A stretch of 56,921 bases of DNA, the filler included, from Sphacelaria rigidula (lineage: Eukaryota), in the NCBI GenBank assembly GCA_964200075.2. It is 7 parts of 7 records of this genome, joined end to end, with 100 filler letters (N's around TTAATTAATTAA, not from the genome) between each part and the next. Parts side by side here need not be neighbours in the genome. Positions count along the whole stretch, not along the records: positions 48,877 to 56,921 come from CAXNAA020012519.1; 6 more parts are not named here. One strand, written 5' to 3'. Of this stretch, positions 56,861 through 56,921 are shown one piece after another. The notes beneath the pieces were generated by a model. It worked only from the letters and a program-made list of their open reading frames with translations, did not search any database and was not told where the DNA came from. Each line of letters opens with the position of its first letter. Within the stretch, counting starts at the first letter, position 1. Both the position numbers and the translations under genes were made by a program.

Positions 56861-56921
56861 GACACTTTCTACGATAGCCCCCCCCCAAAACCAGCTAAAA
56901 GTGTCACGAAACAAATGGCCA
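56861..56921 (+). mobile_element. MITE copy (GACACTTTCTACG TIR) truncated by the window end
   Basis: Matches 6690-6750. Confidence 0.8.

Overview
This is eukaryotic, intron-rich and repeat-rich DNA. A brown-algal (Phaeophyceae) or related stramenopile origin is an inference from gene structure and repeat style. The window is not one locus. It is seven contigs of 8047, 8046, 8046, 8046, 8046, 8045 and 8045 bp, sorted by length and joined by 100-bp N44-TTAATTAATTAA-N44 spacers. Host genes: seven in-phase exons of a CNNM/DUF21-CBS-CNBH metal transporter (41582-48268, +), one exon of a ZIF/ZIFL-like MFS transporter (13448-13631, -) and a probable WD40-protein exon (32765-33109, +). Mobile DNA and repeats: two decayed copies of one Ty3/Gypsy LTR family (one keeps a chromodomain, and a palindrome sits where a tRNA primer site should be), two decayed RTE-like LINEs, and a ~265-bp satellite array invaded by a CAC...GTG fold-back MITE and a solo LTR. 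There are also several MITE and fold-back families, tRNA-derived SINE-like elements and microsatellites. No prokaryotic system or CRISPR array is present, and most ORF-track entries are spurious.
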